Below are positions 23,979 to 36,763 of a stretch of 64,000 bases of DNA, one piece after another. The translations under genes were made by a program, and so were the position numbers. Source of the DNA: Podarcis vaucheri (lineage: Eukaryota); NCBI GenBank assembly GCA_965113315.1, contig OZ220368.1. The stretch is one strand, 5' to 3'. Numbering within the stretch: position 1 is the first letter of the stretch; every line of letters starts with the position of its first letter. The notes beneath the pieces are model-generated. The model did not search any database, was not told the DNA's origin, and was given only the letters and a program-made list of their open reading frames with translations.

Positions 23979-26723
23979 CATTTTTACATTTTAAGTGCTG
24001 TGCCCCAGGTTCAAAAGACTATATGGGAAGCTTCTGAGCATGTACTAATGCCTTTTACAGTACAATTTTTCAAACCACAGACCTCTGACACAGCTGAAGC
24101 AGCAAGAGTTATAGGACGTCCTAGCGTGCATATAGAGTCGCTTGCACATGTCCAACAGACACTTGTCTCTTGGACAGTCTCTAAGCTGGTTTTACAGAAA
24201 TCCAGATTAATGCATCTTAAAATACTTATGATGAACTGAATTTGTGTCACCAAAGCAGAAGACAAGCATCTCAATTCTCCATTTTAGCTAAAAGTTTTGC
24301 ATTTATTAGTTGCTCAAGAAACTTTCTGCAAATTAATGTGAATTGTCTGATAAATGTGTAACTACCCCTCTGCATTTTTAAACAAGCAAGATCTGTTTTC
24401 TTTTGCCCAGTTCTGCCAGTCTGTCCTTTTCTTGATCATCTGAACTATAAAACTAGTAAGTTCCTTGAAGCTATTCTACTGTAAGTTGCAATGATTTGTG
24501 TACCTGGTTATTTATTACATGAACCATAATTCTTAATCGAAATACTTTTAGATTTTCTTGCATCACAACTTCGACTCAACTTTAGTAATTCTAAAACAAA
24601 TACAACTTCCCGGAAGGGTGACAATCTGTTTTATGCAAGACCACACACCCACTATTTATTGAATGGAGGTCTAAAATTAATTATAACTTAGAAATGTTTT
24701 CTTCGGTGTTACTGGAGCCAAATCAGTGCTTGCACTCCAGTACCATTAACCACAATGGGAGACCCCTCTCTTAACAGTTTATTTAGGAACTTGACAATGA
24801 CACCCATGGTTTTCCCCGGTTTCAGAATTATCCTTGCATTGATTCTAGAGATTTGTTCTAGTCATATGCATTTGTCAAAGGCCGTCCTCATCACTGTTCA
24901 TTCTTCAGTAAATTAAAGACAAGATTTATTGATTTATTTTAACTTTCTGCTCCCTCTAGGATTCCTCTGAAAATATTTTTTTTTTTAATGTAGTTTCCAA
25001 GACTTCATTTCCAATACCTTTTTCAGTTCCCAATGTATAGCCCCAATCCAAAGGGCCGCATGATGAGCTCTGCATATGTAGTGGGGGGTTCCGATACCTC
25101 CCCCTTTCCAGAAGCATCCCCTCACAGTGCCCAACAAGCTGCCCTGAAGCTTGAGGAACCTCGAAAGTGTCCTCCAACAGAGTAAGAGGAGTTGCTGCTG
25201 GAGAAGAACACGGGAAAAACCTGGTATGGACATGTAAGCCTTTGTACACACCTAAGAGGCTCTAATCTATTTTGCTCAGTATACTATACTGGCTCTTAAT
25301 TATCCAACCAACAAATTCTCTCATCAACGTTCTCTGTTCTTTTATATTACTTGTAGTTACTATGGGGAGGTATATAAGTCTAACACATGAAGGAAGGGAT
25401 TTTAATACACAAACATGGATCTAAATGGGATTTTGTCTGCTATTGCCCTTTCTCCTTCTATATATGCCAAAAGATGGAGAGCCATGCATGAAGGTATAGA
25501 TTTCCCTCCTGTGAAGCTGTCTCTCACTTGATACTAGAGCTTTGCCATGCCAAAGAACGCATGCACCTTGCTCAGTCATTGCGTCACTGAAAGAATCTTG
25601 TTTTCACTCATTCTAATCTGTCGCTATAAGGAAGGTTAATAAGTCTTTAAAGCCAAAATGTCCTGCCGATACCATGCAAAAGTATTTTGGGACCAGTTGG
25701 AATCTGGTGCCCAATTTACTCTTAGAATATCTAAAATGTGCTGCTAAAAGTTCTGGAAATTTTTCAGCCCTGTTTAGCTGGTATAAATATTATTCATATT
25801 ACTAAGTCTACAGGACAAATACTAGACTGAGTTTTCCATGTCTTCCTATTGTTTTCTACTTCTTTGTTTACAGAAATACGGCAACTGAGTTGCAGCCTAA
25901 CATACTAAGAAGTTTGGAACAAACAAGTCTTCTTTCAACACCGGAATGTGGGCTACCAGATCTGACCCTCAATTGCTTTCCCCTTCAAGGAAGCACACTG
26001 ATTGCAGACTGACATTTTCCAATGTCCTTTATTACCAGAGAGGAATAGAAGGTAATGACCAACATAGTACATGGAATCACTACTGATCTATACAGAGCAA
26101 TCTTGCATGTAGTTCAGGAGACACTCTCCACTCCTCCGTCATCACCACTGTCATGACCCGACCCTCCCTTCTGTGGTGCCTGCTCATCACTCCACCTCTC
26201 GTCACAGTGCTTTCTTAGAAGACTATTAAAGCTAAAATCGGGAGAAGCATCTGAAGTAACCTAACACCGCCGTATTCAATGATTAACAGCAGTGCAGCAC
26301 TACCTATTAAGGCATATCAATTTCCAAGTGAATAACGATGCATCCAGACTGTAGAGAGAACAGGGAGTTGCATGCAAAGCAGAAGCATAGTTTGAGAGAA
26401 GCATCTGGGTAGCGGCTGCATATGTTAAAAAAGCTTTGGCTCGGATCCAACCCCATATAAGCAAACAGATGACAGTTCATCATGTGCACAGGAGAGGAGA
26501 GGACTTGCCAAACAAGGGGAGTTTGGCTTAATGTCTGCTTAAAGTCAGATAATTTTATACAATTATACAGTGAAAAAAAGCTTCCTGGTATGAATGGATC
26601 CAAGACACTACCACCAATTTTAGTGGTAGTCTACAGAAAATTCTATCTAGTTCATGCTACTCATCATATTAAGAATTTTTGCACATTGAATTCAGCTTTC
26701 AGAAAAATGGAACACCCTCTCAC

Positions 26724-26841
26724 CTAAGTTGACTACATTCTTTGCCCAGAATGTGGGATCACAATGGAAGCGTATTGCTCCATTAGCAGCTGGGACAGGA
26801 TCACATCGTGCTTTTAAAATATGTCGCAGCTGGAACGTGAT
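26724..26841 (-). CDS. TRIM33: TRIM33 exon 8
   Basis: cacag|ITFQLRHILKARCDPVPAANGAIRFHCDPTFWAKNVVNL|gtgaga; 118 nt. Confidence 0.96.
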
Positions 26842-28269
26842 CTGTGAGAAGACAAACACTCTCAGATTAGTGATGACATTGTGCGGAGAGTCAGCAAAAA
26901 GAAGTCGACAAAACAAAATGCAAATTGTCAACAACTGTGTGTGGCTGTGAGCAAGCTGCCATCTCTTATCCTAACCTATCTCATATAAATAAGCTAACTC
27001 TTATTTTCAGTCGCTTAGAAGAATTGCAGGATACAAACATGAGGTCGCAAGAGAATTACTACTGGAGTGCATTACTTCTAAAATACAAGAAGGTAGATTT
27101 TAAGCAAATAGATGGTGGCACAGGACTAAGCCACATTCAGAGTATACCCAGTGGAATGAAAATACTTACTCACTGAAACCCACTGATTTCAATGGATCTA
27201 CTTTAGGAATAGCTTAGTCTGATACTAGCCAGAGTTTATAAGTGATAACTTGTATTTTTATACATGCCTGACTTTAGTTGTACCAATGTTCAAATGATAA
27301 CACAGAAAACATACACAAAATATAGAACAAGACTTTAATTTTTCCATGTGAGTAGAAAGCAAACGATGTATATTTGACATGGGAAAAGTTCTATTCTAAG
27401 TCAAAACCCCGGAATTGGTTTTAAATTCTAATTTGCTTCAATGATTAAGGCGTCATCCAAAGCTCAAGTCATTCAATGTGAAAGACATACACCCTGAGCA
27501 AGGTGCTAGACTTTTATCACTTTGGAATTACAAACTGAGAGAGCCCTACCAACACTCAAAAATGATAGTAAATTCCCCCTAATTTGTTCCCCTTATCTTC
27601 TAGCAGCACTTCCGGCAAGCTAAATGCCAAATTCCAGTACCAAAATTCTAATGGAAAAATGTCCTTCCTGCCTTTCACTGAAACAGACACAGGAATTATT
27701 GAGAATTGAGCAGGATCAGTTCACAGCAGCTGCTGATATTGATCCAAGGTGGTAAGCAGTGATGCAAGTAAAATTTTGATGGCCCACTTCAACTGGCACC
27801 CGAATTATCATGCAAACACAACTTTTATAAATACTGTATTAATTTTCCATGCTATATAAATGTGCTAAACATTTAAGCCAGTTGCCAAATGTAGTCCAAT
27901 ATGGAAGGTAAAACTTAATCAAATAAAACACATTCAGATATAGTTTTATGCAATCAGGGTTTTAGTTCTGATTTGCAGTCCATCATTAAAACAACTGGTT
28001 TTGACTTGAAGCAAATCAAGTGACAACCTCATCAACTGAAATTTCTGTTTTTTGGTTTTACTTTATCCTGGTGTTTTGTTTTGCTTTTACAAGTAACTAG
28101 AGCTAGAGAGGGGAAATGGAAAAATTTCCTTGGGAAAAGTTTTACTCTTTTAGAATTCTTGGTGATTGCTGTTATGGTGTTTAACTTAACTACCCAAATG
28201 AAGTTGTTCATTGGATGGTATATAACTGTTAAAACTGTTGGCATCTGTCTGTCTGAAGAGACAATGGAA

Positions 28270-28985
28270 GAGTGAGTCATCGGGTGGGTAAAGTCAAACC
28301 ACTGGAGAGTTAAAGTGCCTCTTGTGGCTGTAGAGACTAATATGGGAGAAACATGTTTTACTGCAGGTAGAACAGATAAAGGTGTCTGGTTTCACTGTTA
28401 CAGAAGCACCATGGCATTTATTCTCTCTGCGCTTCTCCCAGCGGTCATTTCTCCTCTGGTCACTACTATGGATACATGACCTGACTGTCTTCAGGCAATG
28501 CGGTCATCTGCAAGGGATTACCACATGGCACGGTTAATGTTGCCAGCCTTCATGTCACATTTGCAGACATCTTTGTAACACAGAGTTGGTCTGCCAACAG
28601 GCCTGGTGCCTAAAAACAGCTCCCCATAAAGCACATCTTTGGGGATCTGGCCATCTTCCATTGTGTGGACGTGACCAAGCCTCAGTAGACGTCGCTGAGA
28701 CAGAAGTGTGGACATGGTGGGAATGTGGGTTTGGAAGAGCACATATTTGTTTGAGACTCTGTCCTACAGTGTGATGCCCAAAATCTTCCTGACACAGGGC
28801 TTACATAAGGCATTGAGGTGTCGCTCCTGACAGGTGTAAGTTGCTTATGACTCACTTCCATAATGGAGTGTGCTCAACACACGAGCCCGGTAGACCTTCC
28901 TCTTGGTATTGGTTGTTAGCATTGCATTCTCCCATAGGCTTTTGGGGAGGCAAGTTGTTGCTATAGCTGCCTTACCAACACACCA
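28270..28985 (-). mobile_element. 5'-truncated RTE-clade LINE fragment
   Basis: ORF 28518-28742 RRLLRLGHVHTMEDGQIPKDVLYGEL..GTRPVGRP matches the RTE C-terminal motif (RLRWLGHV.RM...RIPK..LYGEL..G.R..GRP). Confidence 0.85.
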
Positions 28986-29117
28986 TCAATGGTTATGGTG
29001 GAGTCCTTTTCAGACTCACTTCACTGGTACTGAGTAAATTACATATGGCTACAAGGCACTAAAGGTTCAGTGACTGTCTATACAAGTGAAACTGTTTGTT
29101 TCAAACAACATCTAACT

Positions 29118-29500
29118 CAGTGTTTCCCAACCGGTGTTCCGCGGCACACTAGTGTGCCGCGAGACGTTGCCTGGTGTGCCGTGGGAGGGAGGCGGGCGAG
29201 TCGGGCGGCGAGAGGCGGGGCGGCGGCGGCGAGGAGAGGCCGCCCAGCGCGGGGCTCTAGCCGTCTGCCTGCCTGGCTGCCTGCGTGGCGCCGACGTCAC
29301 GGGGCTGTAACGTGCCCCACATAGGCACACGCGGGGCGGCGAGCTCCCTCCCTCCCACCTCCCATCGCCGCTCGCTTCGGCCGGCCTACTGGGCTGTCGC
29401 AGGCGGAAGGCCTGCGCATGCGCGAGGTTTTCGCGCCTTCCTCCTCCCGGGGCCTTGAGAGCGCAGTGTGCCTTTGCCCAAAAAAGGTTGGGAAACACTG
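29118..29500. mobile_element. Young CpG-rich hAT (Charlie-like) non-autonomous element
   Basis: Perfect 15-bp TIR CAGTGTTTCCCAACC and perfect 8-bp TSD ATCTAACT (29110-29117 / 29501-29508). Confidence 0.95.
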
Positions 29501-29961
29501 ATCTAACTCCATGAACTTTGCAAAGAAGCCAACAAATTGCCCCTCAGGTGACCATCATGAAGCCTAGGTAACCACCAGAAACTATCTGGCCTGACATCAA
29601 CTCCTGTATAGATACAGGAACAGGTAAAAAACCATTGAGCACCTGCTAGAAAGACCTACATAATTGTCAATGCTATGTATCGCAGTGTTACATTTACCTA
29701 ATCAAAATGCAGCATGTGTCAGGGCTAGCTGGCTTGCCAAACGAACAAACTTCCAAATTTTACAGTAATTTAAATATCACGTTTGGAATAAAATGTGGAC
29801 TGGAAACGCTTGTACAAATATTAGCAAAGTTGCATTAGCTGTACTTACTTGAAAGCTTTGAGAGTAAGAAAAAAATGGGTTCCGGTGATGCAATATTCTT
29901 TGTTTCAATGCAAGAATAAGAGTATAATCTATGCTATACTGGAATTCAAAGCTTTCCTTAC

Positions 29962-30108
29962 CAGTCGCTTGCTATAGAGTAATGCAGTGCTGCTGCCACT
30001 TGCAATGGCCCAATTAGTAAAGTTCATCACATGTTTCACCTGCTGTGACAGACCACTGATATCGTTCTGCTGCTGTATTAGCTTCATCTGTCTCTCCTTT
30101 GTTACAGT
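29962..30108 (-). CDS. TRIM33: TRIM33 exon 7 (coiled coil)
   Basis: ttcag|TVTKERQMKLIQQQNDISGLSQQVKHVMNFTNWAIASGSSTALLYSKRL|gtaagg; 147 nt. Confidence 0.96.
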
Positions 30109-30776
30109 CTGAATAGAAACAGTACACACATATCCATTTTTAAAAAATAATACCAAATGCAATAATTAAAACATCTATCTATGCAATGTGTGGATACTTA
30201 GTACAGACATAAATCAGAAGTGTGGCTATAACAAATAGTGGGTAAAATCCAACATTTTGAGAGTGGACTTTTATTTGTAGAATAACTGGCACTGAGTGCT
30301 GACAGATCACTGGGCAGAACAAAAACAATTCATTGGATTCTGTTAATTGTTTTTTTAAATTACAATTATCATGTTGGCATGGACATGATCTGAAAATGTA
30401 CACTGCTGAAAACTTGCTGAAGCTAAGTAAGTGGTTGGGTGGGAGACTTTGTCAGAACTCAAAAAGAAGAAAATTGGATATAATTGTAATAAATGATATT
30501 TAGTCATTGGCAATACCATCAATTTTTATTCAGTTTAATTATGACTGCACACTTCAGTCTCACAGATGGATTTATTTTAGACATGACTTCCTCAGTTTCC
30601 CAGTAAACATGATTGTAATCATTAGTGTTAGTTAAACTGCGTGCAACTATTTCAGAAGTATTTCCTTCCTATAATGCTGAAAAGTGTAGTTTATTTTAGA
30701 TTATTTTAAAATATAAATGCTGGGTTGTATCCAGTGATGTTTGTGCATGAGCAGATTGAGATTCCAGTTGCACAAA

Positions 30777-30784
30777 TATTATTA

Positions 30785-30843
<59 letters not shown>
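30777..30843. repeat. (TAT)n microsatellite
   Basis: Direct read. Confidence 0.96.
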
Positions 30844-30845
<2 letters not shown>

Positions 30846-31850
30846 TCACCCTTTCCCTTTATCTCTGCTCCCCATTGCCCTTTGCATGCTTCCAAAATCT
30901 GCTCCAGAGGTTGGGGGACCCTTTGGTTTGGTGGATTGATGGGGCCTCAGAGGAGAAGAGGGGAAAATCCTGTTCTGCCCGATTATGGGCAATTCTTCCT
31001 ACCACTGTAGCACTGGACAACAGAGCCCTGTGATGTTTGGTAGTGATCCCCAGCCCTCCAGAGCAGTTGTTTGTTTTGGGGGTGGGGGGTGGGATGATAC
31101 AGATGGGATGATACAGAGGGCAGAAAGAAAAGATCCACTATGTGAGCCTGCCTTCTACTCACACAATGTTGGCTACATTCCATATATACAATTTTATTAT
31201 TTTATACATTATCCACCTAAAAGATGCTCAAGGCAGTTCACCAAAAAGGGAAAAACATACAATAGGTTTGTAACTGCTCCATAATTTTGCATTATGATTT
31301 ATTTCTTCAAAAAGTGCTAATTTGATGCAAGCTAGCTTTATATCTACATTTTGACCGAGTTTGGTTCAAGCAGTCATCACCTACTTAACCTATCAAATAA
31401 ATATAGCACCAGCAATAAACATCCCCCATCCCATCCCATTTGGTGCTTGTTACCACAGAGCTTAGGGATTTAATAGCCTTGCTTTCAGGCATCGCAGTAA
31501 TTTTATCAAAATTAAAGCAAAAAATGGGGCAATCTATACCTCTGGGCACCACAAAGGAAGACATGGAATATGAATATGATTTATCATAATTTTGAAACAC
31601 TGAAAGTCCTGTGAAGTTTCAAAGAACTCTACAAAAGCAACATCACAGTTATAGGTCACATTTTTACAAAAAAAAAAAATATACTATTTTTATTTTCCTG
31701 TAAAGAATCATCTAGTTCTAAAATTTCATTTGTTCATAAGAATTAATTAGTAGCATAATGACTGGATAGAATACCATTCAAACTGTGCCATTTCTAAATT
31801 GCAATTAACTTTTTTTTAGGAGCACAGTACCTTTGGGTGTACTAAAATTA

Positions 31851-31940
31851 GACTGCAATCCTATGCCCACTTACCTGGGAGTAAGCCCCACTGAACTCAA
31901 TGGAAGCTACTTCTGAAAAGACATGTATAGGACTGCACTG
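31851..31940. repeat. About 90-bp palindromic interspersed repeat (MITE-like); other copies near 44150-44237, 49880-49950, 50205-50280, 60566-60645
   Basis: CTGCAATCCTAT...ACTTACCTGGGAGTAAGCCCCACTGAACTCAATGG...ATAGGACTGCA, recurring in both orientations. Confidence 0.75.
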
Positions 31941-33258
31941 TTAATAGTGCCTTTCAGTGTCTTAGTCTTTCTCCTTAAAATTTAACAAGGAGAAGGGTAT
32001 TCTATTAGGCTATTGCATTTTTTAAAAATTACAAGTATTCCCATAACAATAATTTGACCATAAAAATTATACCACATTGTGCATTTTGTGAATTATTTTC
32101 CTATTCAATATTTCCACTGAACTACATCTGGCTATGGAAACCATTTTGAGATATTGGTACCACATATAAGATCAGCATTTTAAAAACATTTTCTTTATGA
32201 AATATAAAAGCCAAACACGTAAAATCTCATCCAGAAAATTGTCCGATTCAAAATGTTCTGAGCAACCCACATCACCAACACCCTTTCAACCTATGACAGG
32301 GGACTTGGCAATGAACAACCCAATATTGTAATGAGACACAAAGCTGCAGTGTAGATGACTACTAATTTGTCATCCACTGAAAAAATAATAATCTGCATCC
32401 AAGTCAGAAGAATTTTAACTGTTAACTACAGATTCAATTAGTGCCACTAAAAGAATTCTGCAAACTGTACTTTCCCAAGGATGCTGTGAGCCATTAGGAG
32501 ACCCCTCACAGAGCTACAAGCACTCTTAACTAAAGTTCCAAGAATTCTTTGAAGGAAGCCATGATTGTTTAAGTGGCTTAAGAGTGCTTTAAATGTATGG
32601 TATGGATGTGATCACACAAATCTGAAGGGTAGGACAAGTATCAATGAGAGATTTCAAATTTTAAAATGATGCATTCAACAAAGGGTAAGAAGATTTTTAT
32701 AAGACATCACACGGAAAGCAGAACACTTAAAGTCATGTAACCGAGTGGCTCTGCAATCTGTGCCTTACTGAACTGTCATGAATATTTACAATCCATGTTG
32801 GTTTTAGGCAGGCATATTGAGAAAGGAACTAAATGGCCCTTTCTGCACTTAGCTAAGCCGTAGTTTAGGACTACATGAACAAGCATCAGCAAGCCTCAGG
32901 CACACATGCTCCCCACTTTCCTCCAGCATAGCCATGAACGCAATTAACTAGATTTCCCCATTGTGTGCAAACTGGGGGGAAATCTGGTTAGGTTAAACTA
33001 CAGTCTGTTAACAAGCCAGGATCATAAGCCACAGTTTGACACTTGGCTTGCTTGCTGCGTAATTTAAACTAACCAGAGATATTCAAAGTTTGAATGTACT
33101 CATGCTTGGTAGTATTGTGTGTGAAATGCGCCAAGAATTTCATAATGGACAAAACCAACCACAGGGTTATTCAAGACAGAAGAAGCCATATACGTGCAAA
33201 GATCATAGCAGGATTCATGCTAAATATTTTTATTTATTTATTATGCATTTAGTTGTAC

Positions 33259-33373
33259 CTCAAGCTGTTGTAGGAGAGCTTTTCCTTTTTTATTGATTTC
33301 ATTAATGAGGGTAAAAATAGCCACTTTGATTTCCTGTTCTACTCGTTTGTTAGTTTCATTTACTTCTTTTATC
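33259..33373 (-). CDS. TRIM33: TRIM33 exon 6 (coiled coil)
   Basis: ttcag|[38 protein letters not shown]|gtacaa; 115 nt. Confidence 0.96.
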
Positions 33374-33580
33374 CTGAAAGAGAGAAATGTGCTGTAAGGC
33401 AGTAGCATTGCAACATCTTTAACCTTTTTTCCCCTCAAGCAAAAATTCAACATATTATATAAATAGATACAGATTTATATGAAGTATGTTCAACTTCAGT
33501 ACAACAGTCCAACCATATTTTCCATTCATTCTTAAGAGGAAAATCTTAAAAGTAATTTTGTTTTACAATATGGGACAACA

Positions 33581-34141
33581 GAGACTTCCGGAGGCGGCGC
33601 GAAACTGTAATGGCGGTCCTCTTCGTTCTCTGAAGAGGGGCTCCGCGGAAAAGGGTCACACGCTGCGGCATAGCGGTGACCCATTAAGAGAAACCACGGG
33701 TAGAGTGAGCCCGTGGCCGTGGGACTCGGCGGGCACCAGAAGCTACCCCAAAATCACAGAAGGGACCCCGTAAGGAGATCCGGAGTGAGAGAGGGGGAGC
33801 GGTGCTGTGAGTTCATCGCTCTTTCCGCGGATGTGAAGCCGCGCGGCTGTTGCAGATGAGCGCTGACCTTTCTTCCTAAAAACCAACATCAAGCTGCAAG
33901 CAACATACCCATGAGTAAGGGGCTAAAAATTGGCAAACAATTTGTTGAATTTGACTGAAACCGGGAGACGAAAAAAGGGAAGTCCGTCTCCCGGCATTGC
34001 TGGCAAGATCAAAGCAAAGACTTAAGAAGCGGAAAGCGCTTAAAAAGAGACTGTGGAAGTTTTAGCTCCCGTGCGCTTTCGGGGGACTAACTTAGCACAG
34101 AGAAACTTAGGTGTGTTTTTTTTTTTTTTAAAAAAAAAAAA
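33581..34141 (+). mobile_element. Isolated L1-like 5' UTR / internal-promoter fragment
   Basis: CpG-rich block starting GACTTCCGG...AATGGCGG (ETS- and YY1-like motifs typical of L1 5' ends). Ends at a T-run/A-run; no ORF1 or ORF2 follows. Confidence 0.55.
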
Positions 34142-34700
34142 CCTAATTAATAAAAGGGGCAACCTGTTATTTCAATTTAATGTTCACCTCTCTGTCTGAA
34201 GCAGGTAGTTATTTGGCCTCCTATAAGCACCGGCCTATCGTGCCACTGGTGTCATATTGATGTGTTGTGCTCCCTGGGGCATTATTAACTCTTATTTCTA
34301 ACCTACTCTTCATCAATTGAGATCCCAGAGTAATGAAACACACTGCAGTGCTGCAGTAACTGCACACCTGGTATGCACATACTCTCCATCTTTAGCCGCA
34401 AAAAGCCAGGGAGGTTGCCTGGATGTTCTAGCTTGTTAGTGAGGAAGGCTCTCCCTGCCAAAGCTGCAAAGTGCATGGGCACACTGTTCTTCATTGAACA
34501 AGCACTTGCGAATCTGGTACAACAGATAACATTTGCAGAAATCTATTTGTACATGTGGATTCTGTTTGCTGGATCAGGCTGAATAGCTGTTCTACTTCCA
34601 TCTTCAGAGGCTAGAATTTTAGTAATCGTATAAACTAGCCCATCTGAAGGAAAAACAATACCGTATAAGCTTTATTATAGAAATAATAATAATCACCTAC

Positions 34701-34817
34701 CTATTTTGCACCTGAGTAGCTGCAAAGTTAACATAATTCTTCTTTTCAAGGAGTTTGGCTAATAGATTCTCAATAGCACCCTTTTGATTCTGAAACGCTT
34801 CTTCCAAAAACTGGTAC
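34701..34817 (-). CDS. TRIM33: TRIM33 exon 5 (start of coiled coil)
   Basis: ggaaag|YQFLEEAFQNQKGAIENLLAKLLEKKNYVNFAATQVQN(R)|gtaggt; 117 nt, phase 2-2. Confidence 0.95.
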
Positions 34818-35074
34818 CTTTCCGAAGCAAAAGACAACATGCAATTATCTAACAGGAGCACTGCAGTAAGAGGAAACACTGAATTGAAATATAAGCTTGC
34901 TAACGTGAAAAGTGGCAGCTGCATTAATACCATTGGTGAGGAATGCTTAAAAGACAGGTTTGCAAATGGGGATTTCCGTTGTACAAAGAATCATAGAATT
35001 GTAGAGTTGGAAGGGTCATATAGTACAACCCCCTGCAAACAGAATGATTTCAATTGCCATTAGCAACACCTCTT

Positions 35075-35438
35075 AAAGGTAAAGGTACCCCTGCCCGTAC
35101 GGGCCAGTCGTGTCCGACTCTAGGGTTGTGCGCCCATCTCACTTAAGAAGCTGGGGGCCAGCGCTGTCCGGAGACACTTCCGGGTCACGTGGCCAGCGTG
35201 ACGAAGCTGCTCTGGCGAGCCAGCACCAGCGCAGCACACGGAAACGCCGTTTACCTTCCCGCTATAAAGCGGTACCTATTTATCTACTTGCACTTAGGGG
35301 TGCTTTCGAACTGCTAGGTGGGCAGGAGCTGGGACCGAAAGACGGGAGCTCACCCCTGCCGCAGGGATTCGAACCGCCGACCATGCGATCGGCAAGCCCT
35401 AGGCGCTGAGGTTTTACCCACAGCGCCACCCGCGTCCC
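35075..35438 (-). mobile_element. Sauria SINE (full length)
   Basis: Head GGGACGCGGGTGGCGCTGTGG, box B GGTTCGAATCC, (ACCTTT)n tail. Degenerate TSD AGCAACACCTCTTA/AGCAACAGCTATTA. Confidence 0.95.
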
Positions 35439-36763
35439 AAGCAACAGCTATTAGTCTGCTTCAATTCTCAAAACAAAATCCAGTGTTTCTAGAAATCTAA
35501 GAATATATGTGGTGATTTTGTGAAAAATCATTTGCATTCTGCACAAATATTTTATCAGGAAGGTTGAGTTATGTGTTCATGCTGAATTGTCCATTCATTG
35601 AATGGTTTGTTTTTGCTTCACTGATATTATACTGTTTTTTTAAATATTATGAACCACTTATGTATAGGTTATTCCAATACTTTATTAGAATAAAAAGCTC
35701 TGAGCTCAACCCTGGAAAAGCAGCATAAGAGTATTAAATAATAATCAAATATATGGAATCACAATGAAATGGTCAAACTTTTGCAGAAGTTTGCACGTCA
35801 AATTTTGCTATCCTTCTCTGCTGCAGATGCCAGAAAATATTATTCATGAACATAAGTCTGTGAATATCTGCTGTCTCATTTTATTACCAGGGTTCATGTT
35901 TCAGAAATTTGTACTGTACTTGCCCAGATTGCAATCTGTATTACATATGAATCTAAGCAATTGTAGTGGTCCATCTATAAGGCAAGAATAATACTGTGAG
36001 CTTGCCATCTTTATTTTAGTAAACCAGAACCAGCCAACTGGTTAGCAAAAAAAAGCACAATCGACTATCCATATACTGCTAATAATTAATGTCAAATTAA
36101 TATTGTCAAAGTTTCTGAAATAGCATGTTATTCTAAAAATCTGTGACCAATCTAAACCTCAAGAATTTCATGCTCCAGAAACAACATGAGAATTTCCCTG
36201 AAGAACTAAAATATTTAAATAACCTTAGAAGTATGCCCTAGAAGGTGCAAAGATAACAGACTGAACACAAATATCCTAGCATACAGAGGCAGGCACTACT
36301 ACACTGATTCCCCCCCCCCCATGCACAGCTTCCTATACCTCTAAGAAGTCACCAGTTTAAAGTTCAGCAGGGCGATCTTACAAACCAAATCAATGTATTC
36401 AGCTGGAAAACGATAAGTGTTTTCATTAAGCTGCATTAATGCTATAGAAGCGGAAATGTTGCAGATGCATTCTTCAAAGTACTAATCATGGAAGCTAAGA
36501 CAGGTATTTCTGCTTAAATGATGCCTACATTTATATTTGACCAGAGGTAGCCATTTGCTGCGTCAGATTTCTTTCATAAACTCAGTGATTTTGAAAGAAT
36601 TAACATTCAGTGTTGCATCAATCTACGGAATGAACTCATGCAATAATAGCCTAATCCTTGTTAAAGTGTCAGCATCATCAGTGCCAATTCTATTAAAATA
36701 TTAGCCTCTAATTGCATACATCAGTTCACGAACCGTTAATTTTTTGTTCCTTTTCATACTCTG

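Noticed and set aside
24818-24896. Possible minus-strand box C/D snoRNA (GTGATGA ... CTGA about 70 nt apart)
   Set aside because: No terminal stem and no recognisable rRNA or snRNA guide complementarity; likely chance. A snoscan or Infernal hit would reverse this.
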